From Takakia lepidozioides (Eukaryota > Plantae > Bryophyta), in assembly GCA_030704615.1 (NCBI GenBank), contig CM060732.1, positions 56,854,001 through 56,918,000 on the forward strand: a stretch of 64,000 bases of DNA, read 5' to 3'. The position numbers and the translations under genes were made by a program. Below the pieces are notes generated by a model that ran no database searches, was not told the origin of the DNA, and saw only the letters and a list, made by a program, of their open reading frames with translations. Shown here piece by piece: positions 24,939 through 36,276 of the stretch (the first letter of the stretch is position 1; every line of letters starts with the position of its first letter).

Positions 24939-25317
24939 GCAGCCCTAAAAATGGAGGGCTCGGATGGGTTATGGGAATGGACGGTGGCGATCCTGCGCCG
25001 TCAGCGGACTGGATGGCAGGGGACTGGCCAGCGGACTGGCGGGCAGACCGGCGGACTGGCAGACTGGAGGGCAGCCGACTGGCCAGCAGCGGACTGGCAG
25101 ACTGGAGGGCAGCGGACTCATGGGCGGGGGACTGGCCGCGCGGCGGACGGGGGCGCGGGCGCGGTTGCTGCAGCCGCGCCCGCGGCTGGGCGACCGCGCG
25201 CAGCGGGGGGGGGGGGCGGGGCGGGCGGGGTGCTGGGGAGCCGGGCGTCCGTGCGCGGGGCCCACCGGCCACATCTCACGTGCCCATTGAAGACCTTATT
25301 ATCTTAAAATGAGAGAC
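24939..25317. repeat. Long GC-rich terminal repeat (TIR) of the MULE, copy B
   Basis: Same sequence and same orientation as 10117-10523, but with different internal flanking DNA. Confidence 0.92.
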
Positions 25318-26199
25318 CTTTTTCTCAGGATTCTGTGGCCTATTATTACTCACTGTGAAGATGTTCGAGCGAGATGCAGAATTGACACCCAAGAAGATCT
25401 CATCGCCATTACTGCATTACAGTTCTAAAGAGTTGTGAAGGACTACTTCGGATTGTTATGGTAGGGGAAGCGGTTTGCATGCTGGGAATGGGAGTAAAGT
25501 GAAATGATGAGTGACCAATTTTCGTATTTGTTCGATTGCAGCAATCTTTGTTCGTTTATTGCTATTTTAAACGGGCTGATCGCTTTTGTGTCTGCTATCT
25601 GAAATTTGTCGCCTTTCTTTGCAAATCACTTTGGGTTTGGAGAGACAGGAGACTCCGGCTGAAGCCGGCATAAATTTCCCCTAGAAAGCTAGGGTACTGC
25701 CCCGGTTGTGGTTGGGGTTGGGGTTGGATTCTATTTGGGTTTGGACACTTAGGCCAAAGGCAGTCCAAGTCTTGTTGGAACTGTCCTTCTGCCTTGGGGG
25801 ACCTTTTAGGAGGTCCCATTGTTACTGAAGTTGGCGAGTGATTTCGTGATGTGGTTAGGGTTTGATATCATTGTCCAAATGGAAACCTGAGGCTGAAAGG
25901 GTCCGTCCTACTATTCCACAACTTGAGCTGGAAAGGGAGTGATATTTAATTCATGAAATGATAGCATCCGGGTTTGAGGTTGCAAGTCCCTTTCCCGCTT
26001 TGAGCAAGCAAGAGGCAAGGTGCCTTATTTGGCCTTTATGAACATACAATATGTATACCAACCGAGAAATATCTCTGTTATATTCCTTTGTCTGACCCCA
26101 AAGTCTCATGAAGTGTGCATGGTTAGGACAAGAACACTCATCTGTTACTCCCACTACAGGATCACACCGAGTTTCCAGTCACTGCCAATTTTACCAGGT

Positions 26200-27440
26200 T
26201 TCAAGCCTTGCTTCTGGAATCTCAATCGCGGCTGCCCTGTCATTGTCCATTGGCTATCCAACTCTTGCTGCAGCCCTCCCCCTTCTTATGAATACCTAGA
26301 AGAATGTGCTGGCTGAGGCCATGGTCCTCATCATCACGAGCAGGTGGCATATTCACAGCCTGGGAGGAGGGGAGATGGGGACCATGGCCTCAGACAGAGA
26401 AAGACTATGAGTTAGCGGATGACATGACGTTCACACAGTTAGGGGAGTCTGATGATGATATTGGATTCATTGGACAAGAGATGGAGAAAGATGCTGCTGG
26501 AGTTTTGATGGTGGCCAGCCACTCATTGTCCATTGGCTACCCAGCTCTTGCTGCAGCACCACTCTTCTTTTGTGAATGCCTACAAGAATGTGCTGGCTGT
26601 GGCTGTGGAGATGGGGTACTCATTCCCACAAGCCAGTCCATCAAGAGTACCTGAAGGGGCCAATCTTCTGTTGTCCTTGTTTAACGTGTTTTGGCACAAT
26701 GCTAATTTCCATCTAGTCTTCTGTTTGTATCTGTCTGTCAGTTCATAAGCCTGTGGAGCCATATGGCTTTTTAGTAGATAAAACGCGCACTCACCAAGAG
26801 GGATTTTCCCTGCAATCTCATGAGGTATGCATGACATAGCATAGGACAAGGACACTCAAGTTTACATTTAAAACTCTGTTCCTCACAGGATTCCCCCAAG
26901 TTTCCAGTAGCGTTGACAAAGATTTCAGCATGACGATTATGCACATTGTTGGAGGAGGGGGAATGGATGGAGAAAGATGACGAGTCAGGAGGATACTGGA
27001 TTCGCGCTTTTAAAGGAGTCTCATGACAACATCGGATTCAGTGGAAAGAGATGAAGAGAGTTACTGCTTGAATGTCAACTATGGCAACCCTCTCATAGTC
27101 TATTGGCGTCCTCATCTTCTTTGTTACTTCCTAAAAAGATGCGTGGAGACAGTACTCATTCCCACAATCTGACTCTGTCAAGGAGTACCTAAAGGGTTGA
27201 TTGTCCAATTTTCTCTTGTTATTCCTTGAGTTTTTTGTGCTTTGCATATGCACACTTGGTTCTCCATTTGCACATCTCTGCAGGTAGAGAGGCCTTTGTA
27301 AAGTTTGTCCAGTCACGCCCATGAACTACATCCTAGGGCCGTTTCTGCAGATCATAGGAGAATGTTAGTAAAAAGGTTTCCACTCAAGTTTGCTCTTAAT
27401 TCTGCCACAGGGTCCTTCCAAGTTCCCAATGGCAGTGACT
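26200..27440 (+). pseudogene. Three decayed tandem fragments of the RPP0 3' end (exon 4 end, intron, exon 5)
   Basis: Copies at ~26210-26315, ~26495-26656 and ~27065-27195 match the nucleotides for [46 protein letters not shown]. The acceptors cag|gattcccccaagtttccagtag (26889) and cag|ggtccttccaagttcccaatggcagtgact (27410) match the exon 5 start. ESDDDIGF-like tails are present. Confidence 0.85.
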
Positions 27441-29497
27441 CCAATGCGAGGATGACCTCAGTCACAAGAGAGAGATGACACTGTGGGAGGTTTTAAGGAG
27501 TGGACAAGCCAATTCACCAAATGTGCATACGTTGCGGGTTTCTTTGCAGCTTGATTGTCTTGGAGTATTCAAGAGTGTGAGCAATTGTAAAGGTTGAGTG
27601 TGCTGCAGGAATATATCAGGATCCCCACATGTCAATGTGCGTGCAAGCCCCCATTTGGAATTGGGGAGTGGATTGTTGCAGCCCTAGCATTGTATCAGCT
27701 CTAGTGATGCGCCTCAGCATCTGCACACATGTTTGTCCCCTTCAGAGGAGAATTTTGAGGTGAGAAATCTGAAGCTGTTTCAAAGCGAAGGCCCTGCATT
27801 CTTTGATGGCAATACGATCTTCCAAGAGATGGAAGCAGCAGTCTTTGGGTCCTTTTTAGCATGTAGCATCGCCTCTAGGCCCCTAGATCGACACTCTGCA
27901 ATCCCAAGATGTAGAGAGAGATTTTTTCCAGACAGTACCAGGAGTTTAAGCCAATGATCTGAAACATACACATGCTTTTGCAGGGCGTAACTATCGCACA
28001 AGAGAATCCTTTTACCTACTCCCCACAAAACTGAGCACTGACAGAGTCAGTCTGAGACCTCCGGACAACGGTATATGAGATTTACCTTGAAGTCATGGGG
28101 GGAGGAGTTAGCGCAGGTTGAAGGAGAAAATTGTGGCGCACAAGTGAAGCAGCTAAAAGGGGGGCAGGGAGTACAAGTTAGGCTGCTGTTGTTGCCATTT
28201 GGTCGGGTAAAGTTCTGAAATCTTACGCAAGTTGTACGAAATGAAATATTTCTCAAGCATTTTTTATGTGAGGATTCAGGAAGTTAGAAGGGTAGGAGCA
28301 TGGTCGGTTGTGAGAGGAGTTAGTTTGTGACTAGGGTTGGATCCGAGTGGATTGGATCATGCTAAATAAAACCTTGAAAAGTGAGGTGATGGATGAGCTC
28401 ACTCATCAGCGGATGATTCTCTGCAGTGGATCATGGGATTAGGTAATGAAGGCAGCCGACAGGACCCTAGATTGCAGGGAGAGTAAAGGCATCACCTCTC
28501 TGACCAGAGAGCGTGCCACATGGATTCTAGCCTGGTGTACATAGCCTACTTGTAGGAATTGTGACCAACCCTTCTGGAGCTGATGCGGCAAGGTCTGGCA
28601 GGTTGGCAGCTACTTACATTCTACTGGGGGCCAGATGATGCCATGATGATCAAGCAAGGCACGTGGGGCCACTTGATCTCTAGCATTCAAGCCCACAAAT
28701 CAAAATGTGAAGAAGGCGGAGTCAATATGTACTACAAGTCTGTCAGTCCGGAGGCACCAGGTGGGGCAAGCTGCAGGTCTGCCTGGTTGGTCACCGGCAC
28801 CGGTTTTCTAGTACCTACCCTTTTCAGACGCAGTGGAGGAGTATCAGCTGATCTCGAGGACTCGGAGCAGTTCCAGGTCGGCTCTATTTTCGCCGGCCCA
28901 GAGCTCAAATCTGAATCATGCCAATCCATCCTTTTCACATCACTTAATGCACTGCAGCTTTGACACCGCATCGTTGTGGGCGCCTCTGACCGCCGCAGAA
29001 GGCTGTTGTGAAGCATCACCTGTGATGCCCAAAAGCTGCCCCAGCCCTCCCTCTCTCTGTCTCCTGCTAGCTTTCCCTTCGTCTGTCTGTGCTGATGCTC
29101 AACCGCCTAAACGATAGTCCACCGAACTAACAACTGTGGAGGAGTCTTGGCTCGGACATTTTGATCGAATCGAAGATCGAAGCCAAGAATGACGCTCAGG
29201 TCAGGAATGAAGTCAGCTAAAATCTCTCGTTTCTGTGATCACTTGTGCTGCATGCAGCCACGATCCGTCAGTGCCACACAACAAAGTCAATATGCCTACT
29301 CATCAATCAGACACCCAACTGCCAAAACAGGTCTAGATTTCCGCACAGAATTTCACGACTTGTTGAAATCTATCGACGAGTTCTGGGGCACTTTCCGTGG
29401 CTCCTGCAAGAAATTGCTCTGAGAGGAAACCGCAGGGAGACACATACGGTTCAAATACGGTCAGTGGCGGCAGGTATGTACGTATGTACAATGGTCA

Positions 29498-29799
29498 CGT
29501 AAAGGATTTTGGGGGCAGATTATGCGTTTTATGAGGCAAATTAAAATGCAGAAGGTCGTCGCTCCACGCTGTCCAGGGTGCTGGCGCATTCTGCATTCAT
29601 AACCGGCAGTTTGACTGCCGTAATTCGGCTTTTTGACTTTGTGGCAGCTCATTATGGCCTGCAGCCAATCAGGGGCCTCGCATAGTCTGCCCCAAAAATC
29701 CTTTACGCCAGTTAACAGGCAGGGGTTGGCATATTATGCCTCCCCGTTCGCCATCGCTCACGGGGAGGCATAATATGCCAACCCCTGCCCGTTATCTAG
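29498..29799. mobile_element. Small non-autonomous element-like structure: 29-bp inverted repeats plus a 35-bp-stem hairpin ending in CTAG
   Basis: IRs at 29498-29526 and 29679-29707 (2 mismatches). Hairpin arms at 29713-29747 and 29760-29794 (34/35 paired, 12-nt loop). CTAG at 29796-29799 is followed by T. Confidence 0.5.
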
Positions 29800-32700
29800 T
29801 ACGTACCACTCGAGGTCCCATCCGTTGGAGATGGAATCTGTCAGCTTATTCATCATCATTCCACAGCATTTGTCATAGTAAGTCGACAGATCCCATCCAC
29901 AAAACGAAAGACAACCGTAACATAACCAGTCCGTCAGTGGAAGGATGGCAGCTCTGCAAGCATTCTGTCGGTAAAGGTACGCCGTCCATTATTCCATCAT
30001 TGTTCCGCATGTGCGAGAGGGTGTTGGAATATTTTAAATATTTGTGGCATGCAAGACTGGAGCACTGAGGCTTATAAACACGCCAGTGCAAACTTTGAGG
30101 GCAAACGTTATGGGATAAATGAGGGTGCACGTTTTTGTTCATTTAATGCCTCACACTCCCCCAGCTGTGCCTTGTGTACACAAATTAAATCGTCCATGGT
30201 CAAGTTTATGACGACAAACTTTTGAAAGATGGGCCTTGCTTGCAAGGTGGTTGACAAGTTGGGAGCTATGACCTTTCACTTATAATATCATATCATATCA
30301 TGTCAAGAGGGGGAAAAGGGAGAATACATTACTGAATGCGATCCCGGATTATAACAAGGAACAGTTTGTTTAGGCAAACACATGGATGTGCGCAAAGCGG
30401 TGGTCTTGAAGAAAGTTCCGGAGAAGGGACGACCCAAAGTCTAAACCGTCCCAACTGTCATCCACCTACTATCTCACATCTGAATCCATCGGTTGTTTTG
30501 AAAAGTCTCCCAAGGGAATAGAGAGCTTTGAAATGAAGTGGATGAAACCATTTCTACGGTTCTGTCCTGTCTGTGAGCTTCATCCTGGCTGTACATGGCT
30601 ATTGGAAAGTGGGTGATAAATAAATAATCTTCCTGAGTCAAGTGTTTTTATTGAGACCGGAAAGACACAGAATGATCATTTATCCAATTCAATCATTTGG
30701 ATGGTGCAAGTGAACTCAGTAACCATGTACTTCATTTTCCAACGTAATTACTTACATATATCGAATTCTGAACAGAACAATCCCAGCATGATGTGACTAG
30801 GTGACCTTTGCCCCCGATTTTATTTGCCTCATTTTTAAAGAACAAATTGACAGCACCCCTGTCACCTAACGGAGTCCCTCATCAAGACACTCGCCTGCTC
30901 CGTTAACTACCTAGAGACTAACCCCACCTAACGGACCTCTTGATGGCGATGTCACTGCCACCAGTCGTGCACAAACCGCAAACCTATTATCTTTTCAGAT
31001 AAATACATATAAAATTACCACCAATCCTTGTTACACCGTCTGCACTCATTGTTAGGAATATTTTTCCCTCTTTTGAAAAATTGAAAATAAAATAAAAATT
31101 GAGTGTAATTGTTCAAATGTTAGTTCATATAATGCCACCTGGTATATAGCCACTTTTCTAACCCTGCCACCTCGCTATTCTCGCCACGTGGGGCATGGGA
31201 TAGAAATCACATGTGGTCCCGCCTGCAATTTTGGAAAAATATCATAGGGTGCCTTTGGAACTACTATTATTTTTGAAATGTTGCCGGCACTAGTAAAGGC
31301 ATGCCCAGAAAGAACCAGAAGTGGATAGAATTAGTACGAGTAAGCTGCGCTGCACCCTGGAGAGGGCCTCCTGCTGATGGTAGTTTCGTCATAAAATAAT
31401 AATCCATCAATGGCACAGCCGGAGCCCCCTCTTGACAAAAGCCCCCTCCGATCCGAAAAGAGTGGTGGTTTCGGAGAACGAAGAAGAAAAACGTGACTGG
31501 TCCTCTTATGCTAGACCGGACGAAGCGAAGAAGAACTCTGACAACAACTGTCCCTAAAATACAAACGCGAAAACTTGACAGACCTTATTGAATCCTCTAG
31601 AAAAAGGTAACGGCCTGCAAAGTCCTTGGGGGGCTTATTATGGTCCTGGACCCTTCCACATAACTTATTTGTAGGTGGCAGTTTCTATTTGAGCTCCACT
31701 TTTGAACTTTCATGAGATTCAATCTCGGGCCTCATGGCAGCCTTGGGGCATGTAAGGGTTTTAATTTTTTTCCCTTCAATAATCTTCAATAAAACTCTGA
31801 AGGGCTTCCTCCCCTTTCAATTTGTAAAAACAAAACAAAATCGGCAATAAAACGTTTCCATCTACTGATTTTCCTGCCTACTCCACTTTTTCCACAAATA
31901 AAAATGAATGCCTGCACTAATCCTAAGGCCTATTAGCTAGTGAGCATGTAGTTGAGGGGTTGGAAGTTTTGTGCCTTGCCTCTGCATAACCAGGGTTCAA
32001 AGTGGCCACCTTCCAAACGAGGTATGTAGTTGCACGAGTAGTCCCTTGGGATGAAGAGACACCATAATTTGCACTTCCTTCCGTAGGCGTCATCTTTTTT
32101 CTTATACCCAATATGCCTGTAATGTTTACACAGGCTGCCCGTATTTTTACTCTTGCCCAACACAAAAAGACGGGCATGTGATTTGAACGGGCCTTTTTGG
32201 TCAGCCTCTTAAGTGGCCGCTGGGCTTTTGCCCATTTGATTTTTTTGGAGATTTGGGGCAAATATTTACTTGAAAAGGGGCAGAAACTGCTACCGATCAA
32301 TATTTACGTGTCTTGTAAAGTACCCGCCCATGAGATTCCATGGTTTGAGGAGCCAATGGTGGGTCCCAAAATCGTGGAGTCCCTTGGACGGTTGGTTCGT
32401 TACATTGTCGTGTATACTTACCAGCTGATATTTTTGCTTACATCATTTTCTCTTGCGGAGGGCAATAACCTCCAGCGCAATCGCCCGTAACAAACTGAGG
32501 AGGCCATTGTGCGAAAGGCCACCAAAGATATTGAATGAGACAATTGAAAGGGCTAAATATTTCTTGGATGTCCTTAGGGGCGCTCAAAATAATCATCGGC
32601 AAGTTTCCTCTATGTAAAGAAGCGCCCCATTTGGATTGTTTGGGCAACAATCAGGCCTACTGTCAAGAGGAGGCCTAAGTGAAAATGCCTCTGAGTTAAA

Positions 32701-35700
32701 ATGTGAAGCCTTTCTAACTATAGCCTGAAAATGTCCTTTACAGAAAAAGTCAACTCTTAATTGCAAAATAGTCAGTAGCCAGGTTTAGCCATCGTCAGGT
32801 ACCTGAATGAAATCCTGTTTGCATCCTACATCCAACCCGCTCGAAGTTTGTGCAATATAGATGGATGACGTGGTCGGTGGTCACTCACCCACATTCATTC
32901 CCTTTCTGTTGTCGTTCAGTAATCGGGATTCCATAGATGTTATTATGGATGAATGTACCGTGACAGTGTTTGGAAGGCCCCTTTAATAACCACAGATATT
33001 ACTGACCTCACGGACCTCATGTTTAGCTAAATTTGTGTGGCTGTTATGACGTTATGACCTCATGGAATGATTGTTTTGGAAAATTTATCCACATTTTTTA
33101 ATTTTCACATGTGTCGGTGAAAAGCGAGGGTGTTTATAGTGGGATGCAATGCACCCAAACATATTTGTTAACTTATTTATTTTATTAGGCTGAACACATT
33201 CTAACATTCTTGAAAATAAATTCAATTAATTTTAAAATAGTTAACAATTCTTTTCTGACACGATATTGGCTCATGCACAAGTGGAAAGAAAATTTTGATG
33301 AGGGGGCTGTTGATTTCAGCATGCTCTTCCTGGCATGGACAAGGAATACTTTTCAACGTATTTAAAGAAGTTAAAGGATGAATAATGTTGTACATGCAGC
33401 ACGTTGTTGGTGCTTACCTGTCAAGAGCGGGAGGTGCTGGAACCAATAACTGCCACCCTATTGCTCTATCAGGAACGCCATCAACCAATGACAATCTCAC
33501 TAACCCATTGTGATGGGCTTTCAAAGCAGCCAATCATATCTTCCTGTGATTATGACTCAGCAAAAGTAAGCATAAGAACATGACACTGGGAAAAAAAGAC
33601 ACTGGCAGTGGTCAAAAGTTTATGTTTTTAATGTTTCTAAGGGGCCCTTAGGAAAGAAAAACCGTGGACGCATTGCATATATCCCGAAAGGCGAGTGGCT
33701 TTGGGTGGAAGGTGCACACCTTTTTGACATGCAACATTTGGTTTGAACCCACAAGCACTAAAGCCGTTTATGCCTTTATGTTAAATGTTAAGAAAGATGT
33801 TCACTTGTTTGTGGCGGCATGGGAGAGAGAGAGAGATGACTCCGGCCAAAGCCGGTGTAATAAAAGAGCCACTTTCTTTCACCTTGCGACTACTTCCGGG
33901 ACTCGGCCCGGATGGACCACTACTTAGTGAGCACCCCAGCATCAAGGTTGGGAGGATCCACCGTCCAACTTCTAGAGAGTGGTTTCTTGAAAACTCCTGG
34001 GCAGAGGAGATCCGATCCTTCAAAATCCAACGGATTTCATCCAAATTGTTTTAAGAACTTTCCCACCGACTCATCATTGTCAATTGCTAGATTTTGAGGC
34101 TGTAGCAAAATTGCAAGTGTTTTAGACTTACCCTTCTTTTGACCGTCGGATTTGCAACACCCTAAAATGTAGTACAAAGCAGCTACACAAAAAACAACTC
34201 CAAATTTTTTGGGAAGAGTACCTGGAATAAAACTTCAGGTATTATATTCGGTCTGGTCGGTTAATAACCGGACCCTAGATCAGCCATTGCTACACCCCCT
34301 GCCGTCCGACCCATTGGCCTCCTCTTTTGACCTTAGGAACTGCTGCTAATATTTGGGACCCTTATTCTATACCTAGGTCAATAGTCAATACCTTACCTAA
34401 GCAGGTATTACAGGGCATGTCCACCCGGCCCCGACTGCTCTCTTCACTATTTAAACTTTAAACCCACATGCAAATTTTCCCGTCCCAATACAAGATCAAG
34501 ATGATAGATGAGAAATACCTCATTGTAATTGCGGCCATGTTCGACGATGAGGGTTGGAGCTAGTTTTCCTTACTCATGGTTCCTGAATGTATCTACAAAA
34601 TATGCATATGTAATGCAAAGGGCGTTATGCAATAGAATTTTCTTTTCTTTGGGAAAGCAGGTATGCATATATATTGTATTTTGGGTACCAGTTTATTTTA
34701 AATTTAAATTTAGTATTTATAGCCAGGTTGGATATTACCATTGGAATACCAGTCTGGTGACAACCATCCGCAAATAAAAAATCATGCTTCCCACGGATAT
34801 TCAATTTTTGTGAACTATGGAACCGGCTGATATTAAAAATTGAAAATATTTCAATATCCAGACCCCACTGGAGATTCCCCCAAAAAAGTACTTGGAACTT
34901 TTTTTTCCTTCACTAACTAAATCTTTAGAATTTCTCATGGTTTTTTTCTGAAATTGTTTGAGATGGTACCAGCTCACGGAAGTTCAGTTTTTTGGGCTCA
35001 TTTGCAAAAAGAGGGCTTGGGCATTAAGGGGGTAAAACATTACTAGTAGGACTTCCGATTTTTATTTTTATTTTTTATTTTATTTTTGTGTAAGCTTTGG
35101 GGTGTGAGATGGAGATGAATTCTCTCCACACTGCTAAGACTGAGCAAATGTGGGCTTTTCTGACTGACAGGGAGTTAGGTGGATATGAACTGGCACCACA
35201 AGAAGAACCGTAACACCAAAAATCAACGGTTCATTTAAATTCATGTCCATATGCGCACGCGTTGATTTCTCAGTAGTTCGCATGCTGATTGGGTCCATCA
35301 GTTTTAGCTGTGACTTTAGGTCGTCCGCTGATTTCCAATTTGACAACTTATGTTTTTTAGCATGACCATTGTGGCCTTATGGGTGGTACATTAGAGCCTT
35401 CCGCAAAGCTTATTTATTTATTTATTCTTGACTCTTCAATCCATTTAGGCCTTTCTTTTTTGTTGCGAGAATAAATAAATAAAATTGAGATAATGCTTTC
35501 GACAACCTACTTCAACATTGGTTGTTTGGCCTACCTACAATTTCAACGTGGGTCCAAGTCACTCATTGTCCAGAGTCATTTATTTATTTATTTATTTTTT
35601 CAGATTGAAGTTTGGATGGGGACACGTAGTAATAACACCGGAATATAATCGGATCCGGGTGGGGAAAGAAATAAACACTTGGTCCACACAAGCCGCATGC

Positions 35701-35874
35701 CGTGTCTTCTCCATCGACCGACCCAACGACACAAATGTTGCGACAAAATGATAAATGATTCGATGAGAGTACGTGAAGTACACAAGACATAACAATAATA
35801 ATAATAATAAGAGAGGTTTTACTTCCGGGCGCCATGCACCCTTCAAGCATCCCCTCCTCTTCATCCATGTACAT

Positions 35875-36276
35875 TCATCGCGGGATATACACGGTAACAG
35901 CTGGATAACCGCGGCGGTGAGCCAGGTCGACGAACGTATGGTACGCGTTCATCCATGGACCGTAAAGTTGACCGCGGTGGATGGACTGCGCGGGTTCGTG
36001 GATGATGCGGGGAGAGAGGGGGCTATAAAGCGCATGGAGCTCCGCGTACACTCGCTCGTCTCTCTTTTGTGCTCCCTGCAAAACAGGGATGCAGCCAGCG
36101 AGATCTGCACACATTTCTGATCGACTCGCAGTCTTGGAATTCGGTTGGAAGAATGTCTGTGCACGTGCAGTGAGATTGAGCAAGCGTACAGTGGATTTTG
36201 ATGAGCTGATGATGGAGGGTGTGCTTCCCTCTAGTTGAAGCTGGGGAGCTTGATTTTCTGGAGTTGAGGTCTGCAT
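35875..36276 (-). CDS. Hypothetical small protein (133 aa, or 79 aa from ATG 36114)
   Basis: ATG-initiated, GC-rich ORF with a CT-rich leader and an AT-rich downstream region. No recognised domain. Confidence 0.25.
   Translation of the reverse strand: MQTSTPENQAPQLQLEGSTPSIISSSKSTVRLLNLTARAQTFFQPNSKTASRSEMCADLAGCIPVLQGAQKRDERVYAELHALYSPLSPRIIHEPAQSIHRGQLYGPWMNAYHTFVDLAHRRGYPAVTVYIPR

Larger units (their letters stand above)
19878..25317 (-). mobile_element. Mutator-like element, part 2 (TIR + 5' gene region)
   Basis: Ends in TIR copy B followed by CTTTTTCTC. It has the same GACT motif arrays and Q/T-rich coding style as part 1. Left boundary is approximate. Confidence 0.78.

Noticed and set aside
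10117-25317. Direct ~400-bp repeats interpreted as LTRs of a 15-kb retroelement
   Set aside because: No TG..CA ends, PBS or PPT. The terminus matches a TSD-flanked MITE, and the 9-bp flanks are reverse-complementary, which fits MULE TIRs.
30300-35500. AT-rich intergenic region with MITE-like patches
   Set aside because: I could not pair TIRs or identify TSDs by eye.
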